Shown in pieces: positions 1 through 10,170 of a DNA stretch of 64,000 nt; the stretch's first letter is position 1, and every line of letters starts with the position of its first letter. The translations under genes and the position numbers were made by a program. The stretch is from Hemiscyllium ocellatum (Eukaryota): assembly GCF_020745735.1 (NCBI RefSeq), contig NC_083408.1, forward strand, positions 99,416,484 through 99,480,483. Reading direction: 5' to 3'. The notes beneath the pieces are model-generated. The model had not been told where the DNA came from, made no database searches, and worked only from the letters and a program-made list of their open reading frames with translations.

Positions 1-1777
1 AAGCATTACTGCAACTTGCCAAAAGTTTCTTCAACAGCTTCTCCCAAAACTGTAGCCTCACCACCCAGGATGGCAAGATACTCAGAGTCACCATCTTCGA
101 GTCATACACTTTTATTAAAGCTGTATAACTGTTCCTTCAATAACACAGAGACAAAATCTAAGAACTCCCTAATAATAGTTTGGATACACCACCTCCATAG
201 GTCGCAGTGCTCCAAAAAAACAACTCATCACAACCTATGAATAGGCTATTATGCTTGGTTAATAAATGCCATTTTTGCCAGCAATGCCCATGAGCACAAA
301 GAAAAACAGGATTAAGGAAAGTCAAAATGAGAGAAAATTTATATGTGAACAACAGTATGTAGAAGGAGGAAGAGAGAAACAAGAATGTGTTGAAAATACC
401 AATCTGTTAATATTTCATCTTTGATCTGTTGAATGCAGGTTTGAAACAGATAGGAAAAACAAAACTGAAAGACTGCGAAATTTACTAAGGTAAAGTGTGG
501 AATTATCGGCCTCCCTTCACATTTACCCAAATCCAAAGAATTAGCAGAGAGGACGTTGTCAATCTCTATGAATTTAAAAGAGAATGGCAGTCTGGAAAAG
601 CTGTCAAGGCAAAGTTAAAAACCTTCATAAATGTTGTAATAAAGGTGCATAATTTTTTCAAGATGGTAGCAGGGTGGGTTCCTAAGCCAGAGCTCATCCA
701 CTACGTCTGTTTGTTTTCTTCTTTTTCCTCTTTGCATTTTTCTTTCTTTCTCTTCTTGCTTTCTTTCTCTCTACTTACCTTTATTTCTCAGATGGCATCA
801 GTGGTGGAGAGGTGAGCCAGCACATACTCGAGGAAGTGCAGCTCGCTGAAGTCCAGCATGGACTCCCTGCTTTAGAAAGACTGTAATGCTGAACTTATAC
901 CTTTATTTCTTTATTTTTCTAATTTGTACCTAAGATTTTGTATCTAGGTATCTTTGTACCTAAGATGGTGCCAGAAGTGGCAATTTTGTATACTTTTTGC
1001 TGTACTCTTATCCCTGTACTTGGGTACATGCGATAGTAATTCTAATTCTAATACCTGGATTTTGAAGTAGAGGTAAAATAGATGTATGGTTTGTGTTCTG
1101 TGAGGGCAACTTTTTTTTTAAGAAACAGAGCTCAGAAAGACATTTGAAATAGTGAATTATGGTACTATTAGAAAGTGATTTCAGTTAAGGGCTCTGCGGA
1201 ACCCTGTGATATCAATTTAAGACATGTTTACAAAGTTTGACATTTTACAACAAAGAGAAAACAGATCAGGATCCACTAATGGCCTGGTTTTAGTTCAAAA
1301 GAATCAAGATTTCAGATCAGGAGAAGTTTCACCTTAACAGAAAGGTAGGTAGTTTATGAAGCTATGAGAGTTTGTGTAGAAATTTTCAAGCCATGAGAAC
1401 GGGCAAGTAGTCTTTTGGCCATCAAAACGAAAAAGGTTCAATTAATTAAGAAATTAAAAGAGCTATAATACAAGTGACACCATTAAGATTGAATATCTGT
1501 AAAGAATATTGCAGGAAAAATGGTTGAAACTTTGCTTTGCTGTTTATAAACCTTGTGTTCTTTTTGTTAAGAGCACTTGCAGTCTTGTGTGCATACATAC
1601 ATTGACATTTACCACAGTAAGCAGTTGCAAAAATTAAATTCATTCTCTATCAAGATAGGTTTCACTCTACGATTGTAGCAATAGGAATAGTGCAGGAGGG
1701 AGCAATTCAGATACCTGGATAATTGAGGCTTATTCTAGAATAGGTGGAACCTCTACAAACTACACCTGTAACACAGG

Positions 1778-4685
1778 GGTACCAGTATCCTGGGCGGGGG
1801 CAGGGGAGAGAAATTTGCTAATGCTGTCCAGGAGGGTTTAAACTAATCCAGCAGGGGGGTGGGAACCTGAATTGTAGTTCCAGCGTACAGGAGTTTGAGA
1901 GCAGTGAGGTTATAAATAAGATTTCAAGGTCACAAGAATGTACTGGCAGGCAGGAAAGTGGTTTGAAGTGTATCTACTTTAATGCCAGGAGCATCCAGAA
2001 TAAGATGGGTGAACTTGCAGCATTGGTTGGTACCTGGAATTTTGATGTTGTGGCCATTTTGGAGACATGGATAGAGCAGGGACAGGAATAGCTGTTGCAG
2101 GTTTCGGGGTTTAAATGTTTCAGTAAGAACAGGGAAGATGGTAATGGAGGGGGAAGTGTGGCATTGTTAGTCAAGGACAGCATTACGGTAGCAGAAAGGA
2201 CATTTGATGAGGATTCTTCTACTGAGATAGTATGGGCTGAGGTTAGAAACAGGAAAGGACCGAGCACCCTGTTGGGAATTTTCTGTAGGCCTCTGAAAAG
2301 TTCCAGAGATGTAGAGGAAAGAATTGCAAAGGTGATTCTGGATAGGAGCGGAATCAACAGGGTAGTTGTTATAGGGATTTAACTTTCCAAATATTGACTG
2401 GAAACGCTATGGGTCGAGTATTTTAGATGGGTGAGTTTTTGTCCAATGTGGGCAGCAGGGTTTCCTGACGTAGTATGTCGATAGGCCAACAAGACACGAG
2501 GCCATGTTGGATTTGGTACTGGGTAATGATTTGGAGGTAGCACTTTAGTGATAGTGACCACAATTCAGTTATGTTTACTTTAGCGATGGAAAGGGATAGG
2601 TATATGCCATAGGGCAAGAGTTATAGCTTGGGGAAAGTCAATTATGATGCAATTAGGTAAGATTTAGGATGCATGGGATTGGGAAGGAAACTGGAGGGGA
2701 TGGGCACAATTGAAACGTGGAGCTTGTTCAAGGCACAGCTACTGCGTTTCCTTCATAAGTATGTACCTGTCAGGCAGGGACGAAGTTGTTGAGCGAGGAA
2801 ATGGTGGGTTACTAAAGACGTTGAATCTCTTGTCAAGAGGAGGAAGATAAGATGTGAAGGCTCAGTTAGGGCACCTGAGAGTTAAAAGTTAGGCTAAGGA
2901 GAGCCAGAAGGGGGCATGAGATGTCTTTGGCAGGTAGAATCAAGGAAAATCCTGAAGCTTTCTACTGGTACATCAGGAATAAAATAATGACAAGAGTAAG
3001 ATTAGGAGTAGGAAATTGTGATGGAGTCCGAGGAGATAGAGGTGCTAAATGATTATTATTTAATCAGTATTCACACAAGAAAAAGACAATGTTCTCTAGG
3101 AGAATACTGATACAGGCTATTAGACAAGATTGGATAGACGTTCATGAGGAGGATGTGTTAGTAATACTGGAATGTGTGAAAATAGATAAATCCCCTGGGC
3201 TAGAGGGGATCCTAGAATTCTCTAGGAAGCTAAGAAGGAGATTGCAGAGCCTTTGGCTTTGACCTTTATGTCATCATTGTCTACTGGAATAGTGCCAGAA
3301 GACTGGAGGATAGCAAATGTCGTCCCTTTGTTCAAGAAGGGGAGTAGAGATAACGCTGGTAATTATAGACCAGTGAACTTACTGCAGTCGTGGGTTGAAA
3401 AGGATTATAAGAGATAGGATTTATAGTCATCTAGAAAGGAATATTTTGATTAGGGATAGTCAACACGGTTTTGTGAAAGATAAGTCGTGCCTCACAAACC
3501 TTATTGACCAAATAAGTGGATGAATGTAAAGCAGCTGATGTAGTGTCTATGAATTTCAGGAAAGTGTTTGATTAGGTTCCCCATGGTAGACTATTGCACA
3601 AAATATGGAAGCATGGAATTGAGGGTGATTTAAGGTTTGGCTCAGAAATTCGCTAGCTCAAAGAAGACATAGAATGGTGGTTGAGGGGAAATGTTCGTAC
3701 TGGAGTTCAGTTACCAATGGTTTATCACAAGGATCTGTTTTGGGGCCACTGCTGTTTGTCATTTTTACAAATGACCTGGATGAGGGCGTAGAAGGATGGG
3801 TTAGTACATTTGCAGATGACACGAAGGTCAGCGGAGTTGTGGACAGTGCAGAAGGAAGTTGCATGATGGACATAGATAAGCTGCAGAGCTGGCCTGAAAG
3901 GTGGCAAATGGAGTTTAATGCGGAAATGTGTGAGGTGATTCACTTTGGAAGGAGTAACAGGAAGACAGAATACTGGGCTAATGGTAACATTGTTGGTTGT
4001 GTGGGAGCAGAGAGATCTTGGTGTCCATGTGCATAGATCCCTGAAAGTTGCCACCCAGGTTGCTAGGGTTGCTATGAAGGCCCATGATGTGTTAGCTTTT
4101 ATTGGCAGAGGGACTGAGTTTCAGAACCATGAAGTCATATTGCAGCTGTACAAAAAACTCTGGTGCGGCTGCACTTGGAGTTTTGTGTACAGTTCTGGTC
4201 ACTGCATTAGAGGAAGGATGTGGAAGCATTGCAAAGGGTGCAGACGAGATTTACTAGGATGTTGCCTGGAATGGAGGGAAGGTCTTACGAGGAAAGGCTG
4301 ACGGACTTGAGACAGTTTTCATTAGAAAGTTGAAGGTTGAGAGGTGACTTAATGGAGACATACAAGATGAACAGGGGATTAGGTAGGTGGACAGTGAGAG
4401 CTTTTTTTCTTGGATGATGATGGCTAGCATGAGGGGACATAGCTTTAAGTTGAGGGGTGATAGATACAGGACAGATGTCAGAGGTAGGTTCTTTACTCAG
4501 AGAGTAGTAAGGGCGTGGAAGGCCCTGCCTGCAACAGTAGAAGACTCACAAACTTTAAGGGTATTTAAATGGTCATTGGATAAACATATGAATGAAAATG
4601 GAATAGTGTAGATTAGATGCGCTTCAGATTGGTTTCACAGGTCAGCACAATATCAAGGGCCTGTACTGCCTGTGATGTTCTATGA
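1778..4685 (+). mobile_element. CR1 LINE, near-complete ORF2, decayed
   Basis: APE endonuclease remnants (YFNARSI, GGGSVALLVKDSI), RT motifs [10 protein letters not shown] and FADDTK, C-terminal RGHSFKL/FFTQRVV, TGTTCTATG tail. Many stops and frameshifts. Confidence 0.9.
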
Positions 4686-5375
4686 CATGTGCAGTATTGC
4701 CGTCAGCTAGAACCACAGTAGTGTCCATTCAAAGAAACATTTCTTCATTCTTTGTTTCAACCCATTGATAGAGAAGGTAGTTCAGTTATTATCTTGAAGA
4801 AAGTGAAATTCTGGACTTTCTATGATTTGTTATATCAGATCTGCAATCTAACATGCAATCTTCATGTTTCACAATGCACTTCACTCTCCAAAACTGACTA
4901 CGTTCAATCTTCATTTTGCAGTGTCTATAATATTGTCAGCAAGCTGCATGTGATAGGAATAATCTTTATCTCTCTGATGATTACTTTGAATGCTAGCAGG
5001 CTAGAGGACTCACATAGTTTACTCCTACTCACATTTCTTAGGTTCTTATACAACAAGCAAATAATTGGGATTTACCTACAAACAATAATAAATGAAATAC
5101 AGTAAAAAATTTAAGGAAATGGTGATGCAATGTTGGGAGGCCAATTTTCCCATCTTATTCCCTGTCTTAAACAATTTCTCAAATTATTTCAGTGAGATTA
5201 TTGGGCAAGATGGACCAACACCTCATAGCTTCTTCTTCCATATGCTTGTGGCAATATGAAGCTGTTAGATATAAATAACCAACTAGGGGAAGTGGTTTAC
5301 CTTAATTCCAAAGACAATTTCAGTTAGAACATGTACCTTGCTGTAATTGTTTTCTACTGAGTTATTGGAGTTAAG

Positions 5376-5670
5376 AAACAAAGAACAGTACAGCACAGCA
5401 CAGGCCCTTCGGCCTTTTATTCTACAGATTAACCTACTCACCCTTCATTATAGTATTTTCCATGTGTCTATCCAAGAGCCGCTAAATGTCCCTGACGTAT
5501 CTGATTGTACTCCCATTACTGGCAGAGCATTCCACACACCCGCCACTCTCTGAATAAAGAACCTACGTCTGACATCTCCCCTAAACCTTTCTCCAATTAC
5601 GTTAAAATTATGCCCCCTTGTGATAGGCATTTTCGCCATGAGAAAATGTCTCTGACTATCCACTCTATCT
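5376..5670 (-). mobile_element. CR1 LINE 3' fragment
   Basis: Minus ORF TRGHNFNVIGERFRGDVRRRFFIQRVAGVWNALP. Confidence 0.85.
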
Positions 5671-5992
5671 GGAGTTGTAAAGATGTTCAGCTATGGCTGA
5701 AGAAGGAGGCTTCCTCTCCTTTCAGAAATTTTCACCTTATTTAAGCTCATAATTTGAAGAAACTGCTTACTGAATTACAGTATTTTCTTACATAGATTAC
5801 TTGATATCATATCTCCAGAATACCAATAGCTGTTCCTACTCAGAAATGCCAGAGGATTGTTAGCAGACAGATGAACAGGTTCATACAAATGGACAAAGGT
5901 TTTCTGTATCTGCAGATAAAAACGCACTTCATATTTTAAATATGCCACAGATGTTCAATTCTACACAGTTTATAACTAATTTGTTGTCAGAT

Positions 5993-6160
5993 CCCATAGT
6001 CCAAAGATGTGCGGGGTGAATTGGCCATGCTAAATTGCCCGTAGTGTTAGGTAAGGGGTAAATGTAGGGGTATGGGTGGGTTGCGCTTCAGCGGGTCGGT
6101 GTGGACTTGTTGGGCCGAAGGGCCTGTTTCCTCACTGTAAGTAATCCAATCTAATCTAAT
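5993..6160 (+). mobile_element. HE1-like SINE, 5'-truncated
   Basis: Nearly identical to the 3' half of the full SINE at 45680-45975; (AATCT)n tail. Confidence 0.8.
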
Positions 6161-6328
6161 TTTTAGTGGGTGTGGTTGCTTCAAAAGGCAGCAGTTGTCT
6201 GATTTACTCTAAAGGAATGCAATGAAGTTGCATTGACGGTGTAGCAGTGGACATTACAAGGCAGGATCTCATTGTTGTGGATGTACAGCATAAAAAAAAT
6301 TGGGATTACTTCTAAATTAAGTGCATAT

Positions 6329-7041
6329 TGTTATGAAGCTGAAGGCGTGTACTGTACCTTTAAGAGAGAGTGAAAACTGACAGGCACAAAGTGTATTGGA
6401 CAATTGAAAGCTGTAACAATTTGGCTGTAACCTCGATATGTCATTGTTTTCACAGCAGTTTGAATTTAACCAAGCAGTTTAAATTATGCCCCAAGATACT
6501 AAAACCCAATCAAATTTGAATCTTATTGTTTTGACAACATTGAACCAATGAGACAATCCAATGTTTTGGGATAGAAAAAGCAGGCATTTTGGACAATTTG
6601 CAAAGAAAGAGCACCACCTGCCATTGTCAGACAGAGTGCCCAAAAATTCTCTCTCTAAAAAGGTACCTTTTTCATACGAAACATCTGTGCAGCAGAAGAC
6701 AGAAGATGACTCAGGGAGACCGATAAACAAAGAAGGACGACTGACGCTACCTAGTTGTGAAAACTGATTTGCTGTAAATTTAACAGAGGCTTTATCGATC
6801 AGTATAGTTATAGAGTGGTAATAAGATAACAAATCTTTAAGACAAAGGAGGCTTAAAGTTGTAAATAGTTGATGTTTAATGTTCACTTTTAGAGTTAAAG
6901 AATAAAACTGTTATTTTTTACTTTAAATATTGGAATTTGGGTAGTTTTCTGTCATTCATACTTTAACAGACTACGAGGCAAGGTGAGCTTTTCTGTGTGT
7001 TTGATTTAATTAGCAGAAGGGTTTGCTGCAGTGTCGTAACA
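6329..7041 (+). repeat. 5' LTR
   Basis: TGTTATGAAG...GTGTCGTAACA; direct repeat of 14155-14847 with substitutions and indels; contains AATAAA. Confidence 0.92.
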
Positions 7042-7043
7042 AC

Positions 7044-7063
7044 TTGGGGGCTTGGGTCCGTGA
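7044..7063 (+). promoter_or_regulatory. Primer-binding site, tRNA-Pro type (degenerate)
   Basis: TGGGGGCTTGGGTCCGTGAT directly after the LTR resembles the tRNA-Pro PBS TGGGGGCTCGTCCGGGAT. Confidence 0.75.
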
Positions 7064-7823
7064 TTTGGACAGATTTACACAGATCCAGTCCGAGATTTGG
7101 ATAGATTTGAACAGATTTGGGGTAAAAGATCCCAGCAGATTTAAACACCTGCTGATCAATATCCTAGATCTCTAAATAAAACATAGGTCACACAATTTGT
7201 TTAATTTTGATTACTTGTGGTTGATTAAATTTAAAAATGAGAGAAATGGCTCTTAAAATCGCTAAAAAGGTTCTGTGGTGTGAAGATGATTCTTAAATTT
7301 GCCAAGAAAGCTTAGAAGGACAGAAATCAAACATACTTTGAATCAGCAAAGAGGTTAGATTTGGGTTTCGCCAGGGACAAAAGGAAAGCTGAAATTGTAA
7401 GGGAATTACTCAAACACTTCGGTGTGTCGGAGAAACAGACAAGTGCAGTAGTGTTAGAAAAACTTGAAATTACAATTGAGGAAATTGGAACTAGAAGATA
7501 AACGGGGAATGTTGCGGGGGGGGGAAGACAGAGAGACAGAGAGAAGAGAGAGAGAAGGCTTTTAACTGAGCAAAGAGAAAGAGGAGAAAGAGAAAGAGAG
7601 AGACAAAGAAAGAGAGAGAAAAGAAAGGGAGAGAGAAAAAGAGAAAAGAAAGAGAAAAGGAGAGGGAATTTGAACTTCACAAGTTGCAAATTAGTCAGGA
7701 AACTCAAGTTAACATGATGGAAATGATAAGAGAAGGATATGTTAAAGCATTGCCACATTTTGTTGAGAAAGTGGTCAAAACCTTCTTTATTCCATTTGAA
7801 AAATTGGCAAGGCAAATGGAATG

Positions 7824-7961
7824 AGAAGGGCTTCCTGATGAAGGGCTTATGCCTGAAACGTCGAATTTCCTGTTCCTTGGATGCTGCCTGACCTGCTGCG
7901 CTTTTCCAGCAACACATTTTCAGCTCTGATCTCCAGCATCTGCAGACCTCACTTTCTCCCC
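7824..7961 (+). mobile_element. Short Penelope pLTR-derived insertion with hammerhead motif
   Basis: 16-bp TSD CAAGGCAAATGGAATG (7808-7823, 7962-7977); related to the terminal segment of the 8228-10220 element. Confidence 0.85.
7832..7865 (+). ncRNA. Minimal type I hammerhead ribozyme motif
   Basis: ttc-CTGATGA-a-GGGC ttat GCCT-GAAA-CGTC-gaa: intact core boxes, stem II hairpin, short stem I, palindromic ACGT in place of stem III. Confidence 0.75.
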
Positions 7962-8323
7962 CAAGGCAAATGGAATGCTCAGATGACTTGTGGGTAATGC
8001 TAGTTCAAACTAAACTGGTAGGCAGAGCTAGTGAGGTATTTGCAGTGTTGTCAGGTCAGGGTCAAGAGATGATGCATATAGATCAAACAGGTTATTTTGA
8101 GTGCTTATGAATTGGTACCAGAAGTGTATATCAGTGGTTCAGAAACATAGAGGAGGAACCAAGTCAGACTTATATTGCATTCGAAAGAATTAAATCAAGT
8201 CATTTTGATAGATAAGTGGAGGCCTTAGAGTAAAAAATGAGGTCTGCAGATGCTGGAGATCACAGCTGCAAATGTGTTGCTGGTCAAAGCACAGCAGGTT
8301 AGGCAGCATCTCAGGAATAGAGA

Positions 8324-8359
8324 ATTCGACGTTTCGAGCATAAGCCCTTCATCAGGAAT
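8324..8359 (-). ncRNA. Minimal hammerhead ribozyme motif (mirror copy; sense in SETD3 pre-mRNA)
   Basis: Exact reverse complement of 10135-10170. Confidence 0.8.
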
Positions 8360-8492
8360 AAGAGAGAGAGAGCCAAGCCGGCTGAGATAAAAGGTAGGGA
8401 GGAGGGACTAGGGGGAGGGGCGATGGAGGTGGGATAGGTGGAAGGAGGTCAAGGTGAGGGTGATAGGCCGGAGTGGGGTGGGGGCGGAGAGG

Positions 8493-9237
8493 TCAGGAAG
8501 AGGATTGCAGGTTAGGAGGGCGGTGCTGAGTTGAGGGAACCGACTGAGACAAGGTGGGGGGAGGGGAAATGAGGAAGCTGGAGAAATCTGAATTCATACC
8601 TTGTGGTTGGAGGGTTCCCAGGCGGAAGATGAGGCGCTCCTCCTCCAGCCGTCGTGTAGTTGTGTTCTGCCGGTGGAGGAGTCCAAGGACCTGCATGTCC
8701 TCGGTGGAGTGGGAGGGGGAGTTAAAGTGTTGAGCCACGGGGTGATTGGGTTGGTTGGTTCGGGCGGCCCAGAGGTGTTCTCTGAAGCGTTCCGCAAGTA
8801 AGCGGCCTGTCTCACCAATATAGAGGAGGCCACATCGGGTGCAGCGGATGCAGTAGATGATGTGTGTGGAGGTACAGGTGAACTTGTGGCGGATATGGAA
8901 GGATCCCTTGGGGCCTTGGAGGGAAGTGAGTGTGGAGGTGTGGGCGCAAGTTTTACATTTCCTGCGGTTGCAGGGGAAGGTGCCGGGGGTGGAGGTTGGG
9001 TTGGTGGGGGGTGTGGATCTGACAAGGGAGTCACGAAGGGAGTGGTCCTTGCGGAACGCTGATAGGGGAGGGGAGGGAAATATATCCTTGGTGGTGGGGT
9101 CCGTTTGGAGGTGGCGGAAATGGCGGCGGATAATACGTTGTATGCGCAGGTTGGTGGGGTGGTAGGTGAGAACCAGTGGGGTTCTGTCTTGGTGGCGGTT
9201 GGAGGAGCGGGGCTCAAGGGCAGAGGAGCGGGAAGTG
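8493..9237 (-). pseudogene. Mirror copy of the Penelope GIY-YIG ORF fragment
   Basis: Same translation as 9257-10001 on the opposite strand. Confidence 0.9.
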
Positions 9238-10001
9238 CCCTCCACCGCATCTCCTCCACTTCCCGCTCCTCTGCCCTTGAGCCCCGCTCCTCCAACCGCC
9301 ACCAAGACAGAACCCCACTGGTTCTCACCTACCACCCCACCAACCTGCGCATACAACGTATTATCCGCCGCCATTTCCGCCACCTCCAAACGGACCCCAC
9401 CACCAAGGATATATTTCCCTCCCCTCCCCTATCAGCGTTCCGCAAGGACCACTCCCTTCGTGACTCCCTTGTCAGATCCACACCCCCCACCAACCCAACC
9501 TCCACCCCCGGCACCTTCCCCTGCAACCGCAGGAAATGTAAAACTTGCGCCCACACCTCCACACTCACTTCCCTCCAAGGCCCCAAGGGATCCTTCCATA
9601 TCCGCCACAAGTTCACCTGTACCTCCACACACATCATCTATTGCATCCGCTGCACCCGATGTGGCCTCCTCTATATTGGTGAGACAGGCCGCTTACTTGC
9701 GGAACGCTTCAGAGAACACCTCTGGGCCGCCCGAACCAACCAACCCAATCACCCCGTGGCTCAACACTTTAACTCCCCCTCCCACTCCACCGAGGACATG
9801 CAGGTCCTTGGACTCCTCCACCGGCAGAACACAACTACACGACGGCTGGAGGAGGAGCGCCTCATCTTCCGCCTGGGAACCCTCCAACCACAAGGTATGA
9901 ATTCAGATTTCTCCAGCTTCCTCATTTCCCCTCCCCCCACCTTGTCTCAGTCGGTTCCCTCAACTCAGCACCGCCCTCCTAACCTGCAATCCTCTTCCTG
10001 A
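9237..10001 (+). pseudogene. Penelope ORF C-terminus: Cys-rich linker and GIY-YIG endonuclease (5'-truncated, frame open)
   Basis: PLVLTYHP...FPCNRRKCKTCAH...IIYCIRCTRCGLLYIGETGRLLAERFREH...LQPQGMN. Confidence 0.9.
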
Positions 10002-10134
10002 CCTCTCCGCCCCCACCCCACTCCGGCCTATCACCCTCACCTTGACCTCCTTCCACCTATCCCACCTCCATCGCCCCTCCCCCTAGTCCCTCCTCCCTAC
10101 CTTTTATCTCAGCCGGCTTGGCTCTCTCTCTCTT

Positions 10135-10170
10135 ATTCCTGATGAAGGGCTTATGCTCGAAACGTCGAAT
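10135..10170 (+). ncRNA. Minimal hammerhead ribozyme motif in Penelope pLTR
   Basis: attc-CTGATGA-a-GGGC ttat GCTC-GAAA-CGTC-gaat; predicted cleavage after GUC at 10166. Confidence 0.8.

Noticed and set aside
7064-7145. Short AGATTT-containing repeats as a CRISPR-like array
   Set aside because: Irregular low-complexity repeats in the retrotransposon leader of a eukaryote; no repeat-spacer periodicity.
7327-7917. 196-aa hydrophobic minus-strand ORF
   Set aside because: Antisense of the GA-rich, Glu/Arg/Lys-coding gag segment plus the Penelope insert.
8594-9900. Proline-rich 244-aa ORFs and other paired ORFs
   Set aside because: Alternate frames of the C-rich Penelope sequence, duplicated by the palindrome.
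8493-10001. Two overlapping 298-aa ORFs as intact novel genes
   Set aside because: Their first ~45 codons are the antisense read of the opposite palindrome arm; only the C-terminal part is real Penelope coding sequence, and RT is absent.
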